The notes under the pieces were generated by a model. It did not search any database. It was not told where the DNA came from and saw only the letters and a program-made list of their open reading frames with translations. The position numbers and the translations under genes are program-made. 64,000 bases of DNA from Candidatus Poseidoniaceae archaeon (GTDB lineage: Archaea > Thermoplasmatota > Poseidoniia > Poseidoniales > Poseidoniaceae), in assembly GCA_049606035.1 (NCBI GenBank), contig JBMYVD010000005.1, forward strand, positions 2,388-66,387, given 5' to 3'. Below, piece by piece: positions 43,184 through 52,569 of this stretch. Numbering within the stretch: the stretch's first letter is position 1; each line of letters opens with the position of its first letter.

Positions 43184-43915
43184 ATGCTATTCTCAATCCT
43201 TGAAATGTTTAGAAATGAACCTCTATTATTGTTCATCATCACACTAGGTGTTGCATGTGCTATTGGTGGAATACCTCCTATTTTGGAGAGAGTCCGCAGA
43301 AGAGGCATCGAGAACGATTTACCTGCAATGCTCGAAGCCCTTTCAGATTCTCTTGGAGCAGGACTCGGTCTACAACAAGCCATGATGGCAGAAGCCGATA
43401 GAAACACTGGAACACTTGGAAAACTCTTGAAAGAAACCTTGGCTGAAAGCCACGCATCTTCTTTTGATGCAGCTCTTGCAAGTTTCGCAACAAAATCTCG
43501 TTCCTCACAAGTTCAAAGGGTAATGCACCTAATGTCGACCGCTATAGAACAAGATGCACCTCTCCAAAACATTCTTGCAGATATGTCAAGAGATTACGAG
43601 AGACTCAATGACTTGATGAACCGTAGAGAGTCAGATTTGATGGGACGCTCAATCCTTATCATCATGTTTGTTTCAGTTGGGCTACCTTTCCTAATCGCAT
43701 TCATAGTTGGACTATTCGCACCGAGGACTCAGGGCTTTCAACTCGAGTCATTTAATTCTTCATTTACACTGTTCTTTGGAGCAGCATCCTTTGTTGCTAT
43801 CTCTGTAAGCGGAAGAATGCTTGGAAGAATGCGCTCAGCCCTTTGGTGGGCACCATTGTGGATGGCGGTCTCTATGTCGATTTATCACGTCGGAGTCTTG
43901 GTAATTGGAGGTTAG
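43184..43915 (+). CDS. Type IV filament platform protein, single T2SSF domain (TadC/FlaJ-C-like)
   Basis: The protein has an N-terminal TM helix, a T2SSF-like domain (LPAMLEALSDSLGAGLGLQQAM...APLQNILADMSRDYE) and three C-terminal TM helices. It starts 3 nt after the previous stop. Confidence 0.7.
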   Translation: MLFSILEMFRNEPLLLFIITLGVACAIGGIPPILERVRRRGIENDLPAMLEALSDSLGAGLGLQQAMMAEADRNTGTLGKLLKETLAESHASSFDAALASFATKSRSSQVQRVMHLMSTAIEQDAPLQNILADMSRDYERLNDLMNRRESDLMGRSILIIMFVSVGLPFLIAFIVGLFAPRTQGFQLESFNSSFTLFFGAASFVAISVSGRMLGRMRSALWWAPLWMAVSMSIYHVGVLVIGG

Positions 43916-43918
43916 AAA

Positions 43919-45154
43919 ATGGAGCAAATTTTGGAGCAATATGGAAGAGTTACTGTTTACATGGAACCAAATCATCCCTCACCGATGTATCACGTTGACG
44001 GAGGAGTTGAACCAAATCCTTACGGTAATCTTGCAGTACTACTCGAAGATGACAATCTAGAAGAGATAATGTACAACGGTGGAGCTCAGTGTGTCAAAGT
44101 AGCACACAGGGACCACGGAATGTGTAGGACCAATGTATGGGTAGATGACCAGCAAGGTCTAGAAGTTGCAAGGAATATTGCAGCATTCACATCAGTTCCA
44201 CTTGGAGACGGTCCAGGCATGGTTCCTATCTTCGATGGAAGACTTCCGGACGGAAGCCGTGTAAACGGGACAATTCCTCCAGTTTCTCCAGATGGACCGA
44301 CTTTGACAATCAGAAAATTCCGTGAGGATCCTCTAACCATGATTGATTTGATTAAATTCGGAACCGTTAATCTAAGACTTGCTGCAATGATGTGGGTATG
44401 GATTGAAGGTTTGGATAGCAGACCTGCAAATTTCGTTATTGCAGGTGGAACGGGTTCAGGTAAAACCACTACACTAAACTGTCTTGGAATGTATATTCCA
44501 TGGCACAAACGCCTTCTAACTGTAGAAGACACAGCTGAATTGCAGGTTTACCACGACCACTGGCTGAGAATGGAAACACGCAGAGAGAGGCCTGATGGTA
44601 CTCCCGCGGTAGACATGAATGATTGTCTAAAGTCGAGTCTACGTATGAGGCCGGACAGAATAATCGTGGGTGAAGTAAGGTCTAGTGAGTGTGCTACTTT
44701 GCTTACAGCAATGAATACAGGGCACGATGGTTCATTCGGTTCACTGCACGCAAACACTGCAATGGAGACCATTACAAGAATGATTAATCCTCCAATGAAC
44801 GTTCCACCAATTATGCTTACTGGTTTGGACCTGATTATCATCCAAGCTAGGTTGTATGTAAATGGTAAGACTGCAAGAAAAATCACAGAAGTTGCTGAGG
44901 TTGCAGGAATGGAAGGCGATAAGCCCCGGTTGAATGCAATTTGGAAATACAACGCTGCAACAGATAGGATTGAAGAAACAGGGATTCCTTCCAAGATGAG
45001 AGAAACGATTTGTACAGCAGCGGGAATAACTCCTGCTCAATTCGAGCAACACGTAAAGCAGAGGGAGCAAATTCTCGGGGATCTGCTAAATCGAGATATC
45101 AGAGATATTGAAACAGTCACCAAGGTCATCCAAGGTTTCTACGCATCACGTTAA
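43919..45154 (+). CDS. Type II/IV secretion-family ATPase (FlaI/TadA/VirB11-like)
   Basis: Supporting motifs are Walker A IAGGTGSGKTT, Asp box VEDTAEL, Walker B RPDRIIVGEVR and His box GHDGSFGSLHAN. A GGAGGT SD lies upstream. Confidence 0.9.
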   Translation: MEQILEQYGRVTVYMEPNHPSPMYHVDGGVEPNPYGNLAVLLEDDNLEEIMYNGGAQCVKVAHRDHGMCRTNVWVDDQQGLEVARNIAAFTSVPLGDGPGMVPIFDGRLPDGSRVNGTIPPVSPDGPTLTIRKFREDPLTMIDLIKFGTVNLRLAAMMWVWIEGLDSRPANFVIAGGTGSGKTTTLNCLGMYIPWHKRLLTVEDTAELQVYHDHWLRMETRRERPDGTPAVDMNDCLKSSLRMRPDRIIVGEVRSSECATLLTAMNTGHDGSFGSLHANTAMETITRMINPPMNVPPIMLTGLDLIIIQARLYVNGKTARKITEVAEVAGMEGDKPRLNAIWKYNAATDRIEETGIPSKMRETICTAAGITPAQFEQHVKQREQILGDLLNRDIRDIETVTKVIQGFYASR

Positions 45155-46899
45155 TCGTGAGAGAGTTTTAGTCTGGCGAGTAAATCGTCTACACCGTCGA
45201 TTTTAGCTCGCATAGAACTTACCCTTTCTGCGGCGTCAGCAACCGATTCAGCAAGTTCTGTCTCCTCGTGAACCTCTTCCTCATCCTTTGATTTGAATTG
45301 CTGTGCAAGCCTTTTCAAATCTGTAATGATAGAATCTACTTCAGTATCGCTTACCTTGATTCCAGGTGCTAGTCTAGGGATTTCACTTGGTGAAATGTGT
45401 CCAAGTTCAGCACCAATAACTCCTGCAGCAGCAACGACTCTTGGTCTTAATTCTGCATTATTGACATCATATCCTTTCTTGTCTAGGAATCTTATGACCA
45501 GAGCTTGCTGTGATTCCCCAAATACGCCTTCTGATTTTTCGAGAATAGTTTCTACTAACTGTTCAAAACCTTCTATGTTCCTTTCTAGGCGGTCGAGCGT
45601 CCTCCTGTCATTCGGGCCTAGATGAATTGCTCCATGCTGGAGGAGTCTGATAACTCTAGTTCTCCTAGCATTCTTTGGATTGGATGAAGCAATTTCTTCA
45701 TCCAGGGATACCTGTAGGTCAAACAATGCGTGCAATCTGCCTGAAACAGAGGGTAGTCTGAGGTCTAGTTGCATTCCTCTTGCTGCCTCCTCAAATGCCA
45801 TTCTTGCTTTTACCATCTCTCCATCATTAGAAGCGATAATTTCAGGCAACATCTCTCTTAGGCGTGATCTTGAATCTTCGAATTTACGCAACGCTTCTCT
45901 TTCTCTCCAAGAGTTTGGCATTGAATGAATAGCATCCTTTTCTTGTTTTGCCATATCATCAAGGTATAGCAGTCTACCTTTGACAAAGTCAATTACATCT
46001 GGGCCGTCAATCTCAAACCCATAATCTGCAAGGCTAGACATGAATGCGTTCACGTCTTCAGAGTCGTCGATTGTTCCTACAAGCAAGAAATCTCTGCACA
46101 ATGCATCAACTTCAGCGATTCTTCCTTTTATGTCCATTATGGAGGTAGTAACTCTAGGAGGTGATGCCACCTCTTCTGCGGGCAGAGGTACAGATTTCTG
46201 CTCAAAGACAGGTTCAGGTGCAATAGCAATCATTTCGACCTCTTCGATAATCTCGACTTCAGGGACCTCTTCGATCTCGTCGATATCAACCGCAATCGCT
46301 TCAACCGGCTCAATTACAGGTTCAGGTGGTAAAATTACCTCTCTAGGTTCACTTTCTTCATCTGAAGGGAATGGAATTTGGATAAGTTTAGGAGTTCCTC
46401 GTGGTCTGCGGAGACTTTTCTTAATCTGCCCCCAATGTCCTGATTGAGCAGTAAGGACACCTGCAACCCTCATCAGCAGTGCCTGTTTTGTTCCAGACCT
46501 CGGCAGGTCAAGCCTTGAACAGAGTTCGTGCAGTTGGTCTCTAGATAGTGAATCGAGTTTTTCTGGAGTTAGTTGCTTAGCATCGTGATTTAGGTGCAAG
46601 AACAGCCTCTGCCTTCTCTCTCGAATTGAGCCGGATTTTTTCACTCCGAATACAGCTAAAACATCGCCTAAGTCGTTGTTAAGGATGGACATTATTCCTT
46701 CAGGGGTTAAGTCCCACTCGTCGAGGACTAGTTCTGCGATTAGTTTGGCACGCAATACTTCAACAGAACCATTTTTTGAAATTCCATGCTGTGCACAGAT
46801 TTCCTTCAGGCGGTCTAATCTCGCCCGATGAAGTTCAGAAAGTAGGGTTTGCTTGTCCTCCATTCGCATACCTCTTGTATCTCCTCCACTCCTCTCCAT
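45151..46899 (-). CDS. Protein with three N-terminal SAP (HeH) motifs, acidic linker and helical C-terminal domain
   Basis: The three motifs are LDRLKEICAQHGISKNGSVEVLRAKLI, LGDVLAVFGVKKSGSIRERRQRLF and RDQLHELCSRLDLPRSGTKQALLMRVA. Possible alternative starts are at M11 and M13, and M13 has an AGAGGT SD at good spacing. Confidence 0.6.
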   Translation of the reverse strand: MERSGGDTRGMRMEDKQTLLSELHRARLDRLKEICAQHGISKNGSVEVLRAKLIAELVLDEWDLTPEGIMSILNNDLGDVLAVFGVKKSGSIRERRQRLFLHLNHDAKQLTPEKLDSLSRDQLHELCSRLDLPRSGTKQALLMRVAGVLTAQSGHWGQIKKSLRRPRGTPKLIQIPFPSDEESEPREVILPPEPVIEPVEAIAVDIDEIEEVPEVEIIEEVEMIAIAPEPVFEQKSVPLPAEEVASPPRVTTSIMDIKGRIAEVDALCRDFLLVGTIDDSEDVNAFMSSLADYGFEIDGPDVIDFVKGRLLYLDDMAKQEKDAIHSMPNSWREREALRKFEDSRSRLREMLPEIIASNDGEMVKARMAFEEAARGMQLDLRLPSVSGRLHALFDLQVSLDEEIASSNPKNARRTRVIRLLQHGAIHLGPNDRRTLDRLERNIEGFEQLVETILEKSEGVFGESQQALVIRFLDKKGYDVNNAELRPRVVAAAGVIGAELGHISPSEIPRLAPGIKVSDTEVDSIITDLKRLAQQFKSKDEEEVHEETELAESVADAAERVSSMRAKIDGVDDLLARLKLSHD

Positions 46900-47037
46900 A
46901 TTTGAGGTTACACCTACGAGAGATGCAAAAAAGCCACATTCCGCGAGTGAATTTTCGTACTGAGCATGCTTATTTTACCATCATCAAAAGCAACACCTTG
47001 AAACGGTTCGATAGGCAAGCAACATCGAGGGCGAAAC

Positions 47038-47661
47038 ATGGGTCGCTATGAAAGAGCAGCCAAATCTTCCCTAAAAGAAGCGACAGCGTTGGCTTCTGGA
47101 ATAATTGATTCCGTCAGGCAGGACCTTCGAAGAGAGGAGGCTCGTCTTGAAGGCGAGATGAGAGATCGTGTTGAATCAATTCAAGGGATACTAAACGAAG
47201 TTGCTAGTGTCCAGGACGCGATTATTGCAGGTTCATCTGAGATTAAACGAGAACTGGAAAAAGCAAGGAAGAGGTTAGTAAAATCCGGTGATAGAGAATT
47301 GATGGTCACTCAAATTATTGGCGCTGCCACAAGATTAGGAGAACTCAGAACTTTGCACAATGATGCAGTTCACCGGATTCAAGGTGCTCTGGCAAGGCCG
47401 CCATCTGCAGTAGATATCATAGAGAGAATGACCAAAGATTTACTGAAATTATCTGGTTCATGGGAGGCATATGCAAGAGAGGTTGACGAAGCAATTGCAG
47501 ATGTTGTGGATGCAAATGCACCAGTGGAGATGATTGAGTTACATAGAGAATTGAATACTAACGGATATGATTTGATTCTCGCCGGTGAGAATCGTGATGA
47601 GCAAAATATCGAGGCTCAGAGAACAAAGATTAGACAGTTGTCAGGTGAAGATTTAGTTTGA
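47038..47661 (+). CDS. Helical/coiled-coil protein, unknown function
   Basis: The 207-aa ORF has heptad-like charged helical sequence. I recognise no family. Confidence 0.5.
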   Translation: MGRYERAAKSSLKEATALASGIIDSVRQDLRREEARLEGEMRDRVESIQGILNEVASVQDAIIAGSSEIKRELEKARKRLVKSGDRELMVTQIIGAATRLGELRTLHNDAVHRIQGALARPPSAVDIIERMTKDLLKLSGSWEAYAREVDEAIADVVDANAPVEMIELHRELNTNGYDLILAGENRDEQNIEAQRTKIRQLSGEDLV

Positions 47662-48807
47662 TTATTGATGATCTTCATCCCTGAATAATGGAGAATATAT
47701 TCTATCCTCTGACAATCTACCCTTTGTTACAAGGTCATCAATGTAATCATCCATCAATTGCTTCATTCGGCCTCGTTTTTCTTCTTCAGGAACCTCTCTA
47801 GCAATTTTGAGTATTTGTTGCCAATTTACCACTAGAGTTTGAATCCCCGAATGGCTCTCATCAACTGGGAATATTCTCTCGACACTAGTTGTTACACTAC
47901 CATCTGAACTTATTGTCTCAAGAATAACATCAATTCTAGGGTCCGAGTCTTTTGGTCCCTGATAATTTTCACTGCCAGAGAATGTTTTCCATTCTTTGAG
48001 AGGGTTTTCAGAGCCGATAGATTTCCCTCTATTCCCGACATCTTGCATTATCGAGCGTATTTTTCTCTGTTCGATAACCAATCCAATCTTATCTCTCATG
48101 TTACTATCTATGCTGTCTAGGACCGTCAATTCAAGTCGTAATGAGAGTGCTGCTCCCATGTCGATAACTTTTGAAAAACGAGAAGCAGGGAAATCCTTCC
48201 TAGTTAACAAAACAGTGTAACCCTCGAGCGGGATTGGTATGAATCGGGATCTAGCGTAGTCCTTTCTTTGCATTCCCAGAGTGTGTCTTCTTGGTTTATT
48301 CTTCAAAGAAGAATGAAGAGTTCTAGTAGTTATGAATCCATCAATTTCACCGTTTTCTCTTATGTTTTCTAGCCATTCTACTCTTTCAAATACATCGTTG
48401 GGTATATTGTTAAAATCACTTGGCAACTTTACGTTCAAGTCATTTCTTAGGCGAAGCATTTGCCGTCTTAGAACTTCACAATCTGCTACAATGATTCCAT
48501 TCTTTGGGATGTATTCTGGTTTGTCTTCTCCAACCAAGACTCTTGTTGGCTCACGCCTCGGTAAAACAAGTGCTGCCGAAAATTCTCTTGAACGATTATC
48601 ATACCACCATTCTCCGGATACAGGAACCATGTCTCCATGTCCATCAGCAAGAAGTTCTAGAGCGGTTTCAACGTGTGGTACATGTTTAGCTTCGAGCTTT
48701 AGTCCATCAGGTGAACTGTCAATGAATTTCTGAACATGAGTGTTTACTCCATCTCCAATTTCAGGAGTTAGTAGTATCTCAAAGCGGTCTTCTCCACTCA
48801 TTTTCAC
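47662..48807 (-). CDS. Periplasmic-binding-type-2 fold protein, distant porphobilinogen deaminase (HemC)-like
   Basis: There is weak collinearity with HemC: VLPRREPTRVLVG versus ICEREDPRDAFVS, IIVADCEVLRRQMLRL versus IVGTSSLRRQCQL, and ENGEIDGFITT versus NGEYDAIIL. The TRGD/GKGLF substrate-binding blocks are absent. The functional call is tentative. Confidence 0.4.
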   Translation of the reverse strand: MKMSGEDRFEILLTPEIGDGVNTHVQKFIDSSPDGLKLEAKHVPHVETALELLADGHGDMVPVSGEWWYDNRSREFSAALVLPRREPTRVLVGEDKPEYIPKNGIIVADCEVLRRQMLRLRNDLNVKLPSDFNNIPNDVFERVEWLENIRENGEIDGFITTRTLHSSLKNKPRRHTLGMQRKDYARSRFIPIPLEGYTVLLTRKDFPASRFSKVIDMGAALSLRLELTVLDSIDSNMRDKIGLVIEQRKIRSIMQDVGNRGKSIGSENPLKEWKTFSGSENYQGPKDSDPRIDVILETISSDGSVTTSVERIFPVDESHSGIQTLVVNWQQILKIAREVPEEEKRGRMKQLMDDYIDDLVTKGRLSEDRIYSPLFRDEDHQ

Positions 48808-48879
48808 ACCTCGGCCGGCATTGCCGGCATGCTGTGGGCGTCAGCCACTCGTTAAGAAGGCGACCCTTGTGGGAAGGCC

Positions 48880-49854
48880 ATGGAGGACAATGAGGCACTT
48901 GACAAGATTGATGCGATTCGTGATTTGGTTAATGCCAACTTAGAAGCCATCATTGAGGAGCAATCAGCCACATTCGGTGAAGTTGCTGAAGTCTCAGGTC
49001 AAGTAGTACTTGCGGGAGGAAAGAGAATCCGACCAATCATGGTCATGCTCGCTTATGAGTTAGCTGGCGGGGATGACCTCGATGAAATCATTCCTTTTGC
49101 CATGTCCAATGAATTTATTCACACAGCAAGTTTAGTTCACGACGATATAAACGACGAATCTCTCACAAGAAGAGGTCATGATACTATACACGCAAAGTAT
49201 GGGCAAGCAAAGGCGATAATTGCAGGTGATTGGCTCTTTTCACAGGGATTCGGTTTAGGTGGTAGGTATAGGAAAGAAGTAGTCGATGTAATGGCTCACT
49301 ACTGTTCGAGACTCGCTAGTGCGGAATTTACTCAGATAGACCACATACTTGACCTCTCAACCTCTCCTGAGGATTACTTGCATATTGTCAGCGGTAAGAC
49401 CGCTGGCCCATTTGCAGCAGGTTGCAAAGGTGCGGGATTAATTGCAAATGCTGATGAGGAATCTTGTGAGAAATTGTTTGAATTTGGAATGCAAATTGGA
49501 ATAGCATTCCAGTTGGTAGATGATCTATTGGATATCCGTGGCGATGAGAGAATGGGCAAGCCAAGAGGTTCTGACATATATGAAGGCAAAATGACTTTGC
49601 CGATTATTCACGCATTGACAATACTACACGGAAATCAACGAACCAGGTTTGCTGAAATCTTGCATAATTTCGAAGATTCGTTATTCGATGAGTTCATTTC
49701 TTTACTTAATTTTGGAGACAGCATGACATACACCGAGATTTTGATACAAAACCACTTAGAGAGAGCAAGAAATAATCTAGATTCTTTCCCAGATTGCGAT
49801 GCAAAGCAATTGCTTAAACATCTAGTCGACATGGTTCAAAATCGTCACAAGTGA
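48880..49854 (+). CDS. idsA: Polyprenyl (geranylgeranyl) diphosphate synthase
   Basis: The first Asp-rich motif is LVHDDINDE, the second is FQLVDDLLD, and a GKRIRP block is present. Confidence 0.9.
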   Translation: MEDNEALDKIDAIRDLVNANLEAIIEEQSATFGEVAEVSGQVVLAGGKRIRPIMVMLAYELAGGDDLDEIIPFAMSNEFIHTASLVHDDINDESLTRRGHDTIHAKYGQAKAIIAGDWLFSQGFGLGGRYRKEVVDVMAHYCSRLASAEFTQIDHILDLSTSPEDYLHIVSGKTAGPFAAGCKGAGLIANADEESCEKLFEFGMQIGIAFQLVDDLLDIRGDERMGKPRGSDIYEGKMTLPIIHALTILHGNQRTRFAEILHNFEDSLFDEFISLLNFGDSMTYTEILIQNHLERARNNLDSFPDCDAKQLLKHLVDMVQNRHK

Positions 49855-49864
49855 GGTTTTTTGC

Positions 49865-50965
49865 ATGTCTCAATCTTTCGACAGAGAAGTCATCGTGATT
49901 GGCGGTGGTCCTGCCGGTAGTACCGTTGCACGATACGCAGCCATCGGAGGTGCTGACGTGCTAGTAATTGATGGGAGAGACCCCATTGGGACTCCTCTTC
50001 AGTGTGGCGAATTGGTTCCAACAAACGACGAGATGCGCAGACTATGTCCAGACGTTCCGGATATGGACGACTTATTCCAAACTCCGGATTCAGCGATTTC
50101 CCGCCATTCCAAAGAAATGCACATTGTACCTCCATCTGGCAAACCATTGAAGTTCGATTTTGATGGATATGTCCTTAATCGTGTTGCTCATGACGAGTTT
50201 TTAGTCGATCTAGCAAAGGAATCAGGGGCTGAATATCTAGTCAACTCCCGTGTAGATAAAGTGGAAGGCAATTCTGTCATACTAAGGAATGGAGATACAA
50301 TAACTGCCAAAGTCATAGTTGATGCAGGTGGACATAATGGTGTAATCAGAAGAGATTACTGGACGGAAGAATCTACAAAAATACCTGTCAAATTCGTTTT
50401 GATGGACGGTGATTTTGGAGAGGCTGTTGAACTTCACTTTGGTTCAATGGCCCCCGGGGGCTACGCTTGGATGTTCCCAAAGTCTAGTGGGGCTAACATT
50501 GGATTGGGCATACAAAGGAGTTTTTCCAAGGGCAAGAATCTCAACCAATATACCGATGAGTTCGTCGCAAAATATGATGGTGAAATCACCTTCAATGGTG
50601 CAGGTTCTTTGCCTATGTCAGGCACAATCAAGAAGTTCGTTAAGGGCAATTACGTACTTGTTGGAGATGCAGCTGGTATGGTTTTACCATCAAATGGTGC
50701 TGGTATCACAATCGCAATGATTGGTGGTAGAATTGCAGGGAATGTGATTGCTGAACACCTTAAATCAGGACTACCTTTGGAAGAATATGAAAAAATTTGG
50801 AAGAAGCAAATGGGTAAAGTCATGGCAAATTCCAAGCGCTCCTTCAAAATTGGAAGCTTACTATTCCGTTTGCCTGATTGGATTTTGAACATGATGTTTA
50901 ACAGGCTCACTAAAGGAATAATTTGGCGTGCTGTAACCTGTCGTAAGATGTTCTGGGTGGTTTGA
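49865..50965 (+). CDS. Geranylgeranyl reductase family flavoprotein (digeranylgeranylglycerophospholipid reductase-like)
   Basis: An FAD dinucleotide motif (VIVIGGGPAGS) is present, along with the GGYAWMFP block and LVGDAAG. It lies adjacent to the GGPP synthase gene. Confidence 0.85.
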   Translation: MSQSFDREVIVIGGGPAGSTVARYAAIGGADVLVIDGRDPIGTPLQCGELVPTNDEMRRLCPDVPDMDDLFQTPDSAISRHSKEMHIVPPSGKPLKFDFDGYVLNRVAHDEFLVDLAKESGAEYLVNSRVDKVEGNSVILRNGDTITAKVIVDAGGHNGVIRRDYWTEESTKIPVKFVLMDGDFGEAVELHFGSMAPGGYAWMFPKSSGANIGLGIQRSFSKGKNLNQYTDEFVAKYDGEITFNGAGSLPMSGTIKKFVKGNYVLVGDAAGMVLPSNGAGITIAMIGGRIAGNVIAEHLKSGLPLEEYEKIWKKQMGKVMANSKRSFKIGSLLFRLPDWILNMMFNRLTKGIIWRAVTCRKMFWVV

Positions 50966-51048
50966 AAGCAGTTCTAAACTAACGAAATGCGGCAAATTAG
51001 CACTAAAACAAGCGGTTGATTCAAGTCATTTGTCCGATAGGGATTGAC

Positions 51049-51528
51049 ATGAACAGAGACGATGAGGCGGTGAGCCCAGTCATCGCAACTGTTCTATTGC
51101 TAGCGATTACTGTATTGTTGACTAGCATGGTTTTCGTTATGATGTCAACAACATTGGACAATGTTGAGAAGGCTGACCCAAAGGCGTCAATTTCAGTTAG
51201 AGCATTATCAAATGGCTACCATGTAGTTTCTATAACTAGTATCGACCAATCATTGGACCCATCAAAAGTTGAATGGTCGATCGTAAACCAGACGGGACAA
51301 AGCCTGAAGGAGCATTACGGCTTTGTTGATGATTCCGATGTTTATGGCACAGTTGGTGCCAATGTCTCATTCCACGATAGAGACGCAGGTTGGTCTGTTA
51401 CTAAAGGCGATTATTTCGTGATTAATTGCGAGGAAATCGAATGTAATAACGGAGACCACATATTCCAGTTAGTCGACAAAGGTAGTAACACAATTTTGGC
51501 TACTATCAAACTACCAACGACTGCTTAG
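51049..51528 (+). CDS. Archaeal type IV pilin-like protein (class III signal peptide, DUF1628-type)
   Basis: MNRDDEA|VSPVIATVLLLAITVLLTSMVF is the archaeal prepilin N-terminus, with the predicted PibD/EppA-type cleavage site before VSPVI. The ORF track start 51016 was moved to ATG 51049. Confidence 0.75.
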   Translation: MNRDDEAVSPVIATVLLLAITVLLTSMVFVMMSTTLDNVEKADPKASISVRALSNGYHVVSITSIDQSLDPSKVEWSIVNQTGQSLKEHYGFVDDSDVYGTVGANVSFHDRDAGWSVTKGDYFVINCEEIECNNGDHIFQLVDKGSNTILATIKLPTTA

Positions 51529-52493
51529 CCACCGATAAAGGACATCTCGACCTTTTCCTTCGAAGATTTCCCTCTAGTCTCCGAGTATGCATCATCTCGC
51601 TTTGACCAAATATTTCGCACGGCATCAGCGATCTGATTCTTTTTTGCACCCATTCTAAGCATCGATTTCAAATCGTTACCCTTCGACGCAAACAAGCAGG
51701 TATAGAGAGAACCGTCTGCGCTAATTCTCGCCCTGTTACAATCTCCACAGAAAGGCTTCGAAACGCTTTCAATGAATCCTATTTCTTGAGTGCCACGCTT
51801 GTATCTGTTAGCAACTTCACCAATGTGATTTGGTTCGATAGGCGATAGGTTTTCTAGCATACTGCGCATCATTTCACCAGTAATTACCTCACCATTATCC
51901 CATGAATTTGTTTCACCAACATCCATGAATTCGATGTATCTTACAATGACATCAGTACCGATGAATCTCTCAGCAATTTTTTCAACAGAATGTTCATTGT
52001 ACCCCGCTCTAATTACTGCATTTACCTTGACTTTTAGTCCAGCCAATCTTGCAGCTTCTATGCCCCGCAAAACTGTTTCTGGAGTTTCCTTAGTGTCACC
52101 CATTGATTGGAATGTTTCGACATCTAATGCATCAAGTGAAACTGTTACTCTGTCTAGTCCAGATTGAGCAAGTTCAACAGCGTATTTTTCTAGAAGTAGG
52201 CCATTTGTGGTCATTGCTAAGTCTAACTCTTTTGGCAGCATTTTGATGAAATCAGAAATATCTCTTCGCAATAGTGGCTCGCCTCCAGTTAGCCTAATTT
52301 TTTGTAGACCAAGAGGAACTAAAGATTCGACAACAAATGCTAACTCTTCATAGGTTAGGATTTCTTCTCTTGAGAGAAATTCGTGTCCATCAAAGTGCTC
52401 TCTAGGCATGCAATACCTGCACCTCATGTTGCATTTGTCCGTCAATGAAATTCGTAGGTCACGCAGAGGCCTATTCAGTGCGTCTCTGACCAT
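51525..52493 (-). CDS. moaA: GTP 3',8-cyclase MoaA (radical SAM, molybdopterin biosynthesis)
   Basis: The radical SAM cluster motif is CNMRCRYCMP, followed by LTGGEPLLR. A C-terminal second-cluster Cys triad is present (CGDCNR...C). The start was moved to ATG 52493. Confidence 0.9.
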   Translation of the reverse strand: MVRDALNRPLRDLRISLTDKCNMRCRYCMPREHFDGHEFLSREEILTYEELAFVVESLVPLGLQKIRLTGGEPLLRRDISDFIKMLPKELDLAMTTNGLLLEKYAVELAQSGLDRVTVSLDALDVETFQSMGDTKETPETVLRGIEAARLAGLKVKVNAVIRAGYNEHSVEKIAERFIGTDVIVRYIEFMDVGETNSWDNGEVITGEMMRSMLENLSPIEPNHIGEVANRYKRGTQEIGFIESVSKPFCGDCNRARISADGSLYTCLFASKGNDLKSMLRMGAKKNQIADAVRNIWSKRDDAYSETRGKSSKEKVEMSFIGG

Positions 52494-52569
52494 GTGATAA
52501 CGCAGACAAATGATGCACTTCAACATGCGCATTGGATGACTTCATGACTAGGTCCGTGCTGGCAAGGGT

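Noticed and set aside
42868-43407. 179-aa minus-strand ORF
   Set aside because: It is antisense to the two T2SSF platform genes and spans their junction. Its composition is typical of a reverse-frame artefact.
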